Shown piece after piece: positions 61,002 to 64,000 of a stretch of DNA of 64,000 bases. Source of the DNA: Oligoflexales bacterium (lineage in GTDB: Bacteria; Bdellovibrionota_B; Oligoflexia; Oligoflexales; JAPPIL01). The position numbers and the translations under genes were made by a program. Under the pieces are notes generated by a model. The model made no database searches. It was not told where the DNA came from and was given only the letters and a program-made list of their open reading frames with translations. Positions within the stretch are counted from its first letter, which is position 1. Each line of letters begins with the position of its first letter. The DNA lies in assembly GCA_965215515.1 (NCBI GenBank), contig OZ244057.1, positions 2,016,001 through 2,080,000 on the forward strand, read 5' to 3'.

Positions 61002-61787
61002 ATGACAAGCGACACCTACGTGATGCAGCTCGATGATTGGATTTTGCAGGTCGAGGATTTGAATTTTTTCTATCGCCAGCACCAAGCACTTTTCGATATT
61101 TCTTTCACCATCCCGCGGCATCAAGTAACCTCTCTGATCGGGCCGTCGGGCTGTGGCAAGTCCACGTTTTTACGTTGCCTCAACCGCATGAACGATAACG
61201 TGCTAGAGGCACGAGTGGTAGGTAGTATCAAGTTTAACGATTTGGAAATTAATCAAGCGACACTCGATGTTACCTCCCTACGACGACGAATAGGTATGGT
61301 ATTTCAAAAACCTACCCCGTTTCCTAAATCTATTTACGAAAATGTTGCCTACGGTTTACGCATTCTCGGTGTGCGACGACGCAGTGACATTGACACAGCA
61401 GTAGAGACATCGTTGCGCCAAGCAGCGTTATGGGATGAGGTCAAGGACAAACTACAACAGTCTGCCCTTGCACTGTCAGGCGGACAACATCAACGCCTTT
61501 GTATCGCACGGGCGATTGCAGTAGAGCCCGAAATTATTCTGATGGACGAGCCCTGCTCGGCACTTGACCCACGCGCGACCAAAAAAATCGAAGCGCTAAT
61601 CGCGACACTGCGCACGCAGTACACGATTATCATCGTCACCCACAACATGCAGCAAGCGGCACGTGTCTCCGATGGCGCGGCATTCTTCTATGAAGGCAAG
61701 CTGATCGAATACAACAAGACCGACATCATGTTCACCGCCCCTCGCATTCGTGCCACCGAAGACTACATCACAGGACGGTTTGGCTGA
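61002..61787 (+). CDS. pstB: phosphate ABC transporter ATPase
   Basis: [23 protein letters not shown] and DYITGRFG motifs. Confidence 0.96.
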   Translation: MTSDTYVMQLDDWILQVEDLNFFYRQHQALFDISFTIPRHQVTSLIGPSGCGKSTFLRCLNRMNDNVLEARVVGSIKFNDLEINQATLDVTSLRRRIGMVFQKPTPFPKSIYENVAYGLRILGVRRRSDIDTAVETSLRQAALWDEVKDKLQQSALALSGGQHQRLCIARAIAVEPEIILMDEPCSALDPRATKKIEALIATLRTQYTIIIVTHNMQQAARVSDGAAFFYEGKLIEYNKTDIMFTAPRIRATEDYITGRFG

Positions 61788-61944
61788 TAACCTGTAGCCT
61801 GCTCGCCTATGCTTATCTCTTTCCTGTCAGCGTAAAAACTTGACAGCGCTGCGCAATTGTGATTATGAGGCGTACTTTACCGTTGCCGCACGCGCTGTTG
61901 TTCGCGTGGGTGGTTTTGTTCAATCAGAATGGGGAGGGTGTGTC

Positions 61945-63429
61945 ATGAGAGTTTTTCTTGCTGCATTGTGCGTCGCATCGTTGTCGTTGAGCAGTGTTGC
62001 AGCAGCACGCGGTGGTGCGATCACCAAGTCCAGTAGCGGGGTCGCTGCGTGGCTGAGTAAGATGAAGAAGGTGGTGGTGGCTGGTCAGACCATCGGTATC
62101 GTAGGTGCTCAAGACATAGGCAAGGAGGCTGGTCAGACCATCGGTATCGTAGGTGCTCAAGACATAGGCAAGGAGGCTGGTCAGACCATCGGTATCGTAG
62201 GTGCTCAAGACATAGGCAAGGAGGCTGGTCAGACCATCGGCAAAGTAGCGAAGGCAGGGTTGGCCATGGCTGTGGGGATAATGGTCGCATGTGGTCTGCA
62301 GGGGTGCGATCCCGCGCAGAACCTGGCCAAGGATGTTATCGGGGCTAGAACGGGTAGCGACAATCCTGTTAAGATCGGGTTGATCACCGAGCACGAGTTC
62401 CAGCAAAGCCGTAACGGTGCTATGCTAGCGGCTGAGCAGGCTAACCTCGCGGGCGGGATTGACGGCAGAATGGTAGTCCTTGTGCCCCAAACAATCTACG
62501 GCCGCAACAAATCTGGTGCGGTCATTGCGGCGGAAAATCTTATCAAATACGATGAGGTGATTGCCATCTCGGGGGCTAGTTACTCCACCCTGTCGGAGTT
62601 TATCGACGAGGTCGCTGAACTTGAGGACGTGCCGATGGTGACTATCGGCTCGACCAATCCTCACGTGACCGCTGCCAGCGAATGGGTTTTCTTGGCCGCC
62701 TTCCCCGATAGTTTCCAAGGACGGGTAATGGCACTGTTGGCACGTGAAGAACTTGGTGCGGACACGGCCGCCGTTCTCTACTGGGGTGCGGATGCCTACT
62801 CGAAGGGTCTGGCTGGGTCATTCATTAAAAGCTTCGATGAATTGGGAGGTAGCGTGATAGACTTCGCCTACACCCACGAGCATGGTACAGCCAGTGATGT
62901 TTTCGCGGTGGAACTGGACGCATCTGGCATTATCGACGAAGTGGTCGCGGCGCAACCCGATGTGGTGTTTATCCCCAGCTTTGCTGCTGACGCTGGTACT
63001 GTAGCGAGAGCGTTGCGGGCGGCGGGTGAAGATGCCGCCTTGCTGGGTGCAGATGGCTGGGGATCGGGAGGTGATCTAGTCGAGATTGCGGGTGCGGCTG
63101 CCGAGGGTGCGCTCCATTCCGATCATTTTACCCCCGAAGCTTCTCCACAATTCACCGCGGCCTACACCAGCGCGTATGGGATTGCTCCCGACGGTCTTGC
63201 CGCACTCGGCTACGATTCGGTTATGATCATCATTCAGGCCGCACAGCGGGCGGCGGCGGGTGGCGAGCTTACGCGCACAGCGCTGCGTGATGAGATAGAG
63301 GCTACGGATGACTACAGGGGAGCGACACATATCATCGGATATGACGAAAATCGTCATCCCGTGAAAGATGCGGTGATCTTTACCATTCGAGATGGAGAGA
63401 GGGTGTTTTTCGAAACCTTTAGCCCGTAG
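61945..63429 (+). CDS. LivK-like (type I) ABC substrate-binding protein with an N-terminal repeat insert
   Basis: VKIGL, NGA-LA--Q-N--GGI-GR, F-DSFQG, GADGW and ALGYD motifs; signal peptide, repeats and a second lipobox-like LQGC. Confidence 0.85.
   Translation: MRVFLAALCVASLSLSSVAAARGGAITKSSSGVAAWLSKMKKVVVAGQTIGIVGAQDIGKEAGQTIGIVGAQDIGKEAGQTIGIVGAQDIGKEAGQTIGKVAKAGLAMAVGIMVACGLQGCDPAQNLAKDVIGARTGSDNPVKIGLITEHEFQQSRNGAMLAAEQANLAGGIDGRMVVLVPQTIYGRNKSGAVIAAENLIKYDEVIAISGASYSTLSEFIDEVAELEDVPMVTIGSTNPHVTAASEWVFLAAFPDSFQGRVMALLAREELGADTAAVLYWGADAYSKGLAGSFIKSFDELGGSVIDFAYTHEHGTASDVFAVELDASGIIDEVVAAQPDVVFIPSFAADAGTVARALRAAGEDAALLGADGWGSGGDLVEIAGAAAEGALHSDHFTPEASPQFTAAYTSAYGIAPDGLAALGYDSVMIIIQAAQRAAAGGELTRTALRDEIEATDDYRGATHIIGYDENRHPVKDAVIFTIRDGERVFFETFSP
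62080..62240 (+). repeat. 48-bp tandem repeat x3 plus a partial copy (AGQTIGIVGAQDIGKE)
   Basis: Identical 48-nt units read directly from the sequence. Confidence 0.95.
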
Positions 63430-63450
63430 CGCGTGAACATGTGACATCAT

Positions 63451-63479
63451 CTCCTCTCTGCATCGTAGGTAGGGAGGAG
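63451..63479 (+). terminator. intergenic stem-loop
   Basis: 11-bp stem (two G-U pairs) with a 7-nt loop after the stop; no adjacent U-tract. Confidence 0.35.
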
Positions 63480-63576
63480 AGATGGTAGGGTTTCTCGCCG
63501 CGAGTGCGACGAAGTGCGTTCTTCACAGCGCACACGGGGTGGGTTGTTGTTCAATCAGAATGAGGAGGAGTGTGTC

Positions 63577-64000
63577 ATGAGAGTTTTTCTTGTTGCGCTG
63601 TGCGTCGCATCGTTGTCGTTGAGCAGTGTTGCAGCAGCACGCGGTGGTGCGATCACCAAGTCCAGTAGCGGGGTCGCTGCGTGGCTGAGTAAGATGAAGA
63701 AGGTGGTGGTGGCTGGTCAGACCATCGGTATCGTAGGTGCTCAAGACATCGGCATGGCTGGTGCTCAAGACATCGGCATGGCTGGTGCTCAAGACATCGG
63801 CATGGCTGGTGCTCAAGACATAGGCAAGGAGGCTGGTCAGACCATCGGCATGGCTGGTGCTCAAGACATCGGCATGGCTGGTGCTCAAGACATAGGCATG
63901 GCTGGTGCTCAAGACATAGGCAAGGAGGCTGGTCAGACCATCGGTATCGTAGGTGCTCAAGACATAGGCAAGGAGGCTGGTCAGACCATCGGCATGGCTG
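63577..64000 (+). CDS. paralog of 61945-63429 (N-terminus only, runs off the window)
   Basis: SD GAGGAG; the first ~59 codons are near-identical to the upstream gene; open frame to the window end. Missing from the ORF track because it has no stop. Confidence 0.85.
   Translation, partial: MRVFLVALCVASLSLSSVAAARGGAITKSSSGVAAWLSKMKKVVVAGQTIGIVGAQDIGMAGAQDIGMAGAQDIGMAGAQDIGKEAGQTIGMAGAQDIGMAGAQDIGMAGAQDIGKEAGQTIGIVGAQDIGKEAGQTIGMA
63712..64000 (+). repeat. mosaic 24-bp tandem repeat array
   Basis: Units encoding IGIVGAQD, IGMAGAQD and IGKEAGQT in mixed order. Confidence 0.95.

Noticed and set aside
62080..64000. 24/48-bp arrays as CRISPR or a DGR template/variable pair
   Set aside because: No unique spacers, no reverse transcriptase in the window, and the differences are module swaps rather than adenine-specific changes.

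Overview
Bacterial chromosomal window, densely coding and mostly housekeeping: tadA, cysS, clpS-clpA, gmk, relA/spoT, prmC, pgi, fadD, comM-like, ddl, lspA, a ClpC-type ATPase, efp-accB-accC, sthA, lon, pepA, ansA, tlyA, ggt, queE, rmuC, pstCAB, and one stand-alone tRNA-Ile(GAT). Gene content (type IV pilin, FHA-HD-GYP, REC-PilZ, Cys-CTERM-like tail) suggests a Bdellovibrionota/Myxococcota-type organism; this is inference only. AT-richer accessory genes are scattered between the core genes. The strongest leads are: (1) a recent head-to-tail duplication of an Rpn-family PD-(D/E)XK nuclease gene, each copy with an internal SD+ATG for a small C-terminal (RpnS-like antitoxin) product, a variable GIEQ repeat and an unusually basic N-tail; (2) tandem paralogs at the right edge whose N-termini are built from three shuffled 24-bp modules; (3) several unrelated secreted proteins sharing a signal peptide followed by a basic, acid-poor segment; (4) a Xer-like tyrosine recombinase lacking most catalytic residues; (5) a candidate structured ncRNA beside the tRNA; (6) a DedA/VTT-lipase fusion. 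No CRISPR array, rRNA or classical IS element was seen. All calls rest on motif recognition by eye; no searches were run.
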